DNA of 64,000 nucleotides from Rickettsiales bacterium (GTDB lineage Bacteria; Pseudomonadota; Alphaproteobacteria; Rickettsiales; UBA3002): NCBI GenBank assembly GCA_046154225.1, contig JBJXEM010000007.1, positions 859 to 64,858 of the forward strand, read 5' to 3'. Shown piece by piece: positions 63,847 to 64,000 of this stretch (position 1 is its first letter; each line of letters starts with the position of its first letter). The notes under the pieces were generated by a model. It saw only the letters and a program-made list of their open reading frames with translations, ran no database searches and was not told where the DNA came from. The position numbers and the translations under genes were made by a program.

Positions 63847-64000
63847 ACCAGCATTATAATATCGGCCTGTACATGCTCAAATGCTGCTTCGCGGCGATGG
63901 CCGTTTACGCCGCGCGGCCTTGGCTGCCGGTCGATGAAGCGAATTGGGTGTGGTTTTTCATCTCGATGATTTTAGTGCAATCGCCCGACAGCGCCGAAGC
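63843..64000 (+). CDS. hypothetical membrane protein, N-terminal fragment (continues beyond right edge)
   Basis: The ATG overlaps the upstream TGA (ATGA). The frame is open to the window end (MNQHYNIGLYMLKCCFAAMAVYAARPWLPVDEANWVWFFISMILVQSPDSAE...). Confidence 0.4.
   Translation, partial: MNQHYNIGLYMLKCCFAAMAVYAARPWLPVDEANWVWFFISMILVQSPDSAE

Overview
GC-rich (about 55-60% by eye) chromosomal segment. Gene content and synteny look alphaproteobacterial: tsaE-amgK-murU, fliO-fliP, a short cheZ and a ~490-aa icd. No rRNA, tRNA or CRISPR array was recognised.

Blocks:
1. 1-15.6 kb looks accessory. It holds a gap-free, translationally coupled minus-strand operon of very large proteins: a DUF4406-like 777-803 aa protein, a 153 aa protein, an RNase J-like 1169 aa protein, an exonuclease I-like 1313 aa protein, and a fifth gene cut by the window edge. 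deoC and a 1296-aa ORFan sit opposite on the plus strand.
2. 15.6-21.4 kb is housekeeping: phnA-domain gene, recQ, amt, mscS-family, AstE/AspA-family.
3. 21.4-33 kb is a surface/secretion accessory block. It contains a sigma-54-driven 71-aa ORFan, two tandem prepilin-like paralogues, hisI, an orphan virB8-virB9 pair, a 1654-aa secreted Gly/Pro-repeat protein and a coupled 553-aa secreted protein.
4. 33-35.8 kb carries murU, amgK, tsaE and iscX-like genes.
5. 35.8-51.3 kb is chemotaxis and flagellar export: cheY, cheZ, fliP/O, csrA, flgBC, fliE, fliQR, flhB, a hybrid kinase, and a triple-PAS MCP interrupted by an in-frame TAG.
6. 51.4-60.5 kb is housekeeping: IMPase-family, recA, alaS, amine oxidase, icd.
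7. 60.7-64 kb is an acetamidino-sugar type cluster (hisF-like, NTF2-like, hisH-like, amidotransferase).

Intergenic DNA is saturated with at least four palindromic MITE-like repeat families. One family is inserted in frame into alaS (twice) and the hisH-like gene, and also lies at the 5' end of fliP.

All functional calls come from motif recognition by eye, and no searches were run.
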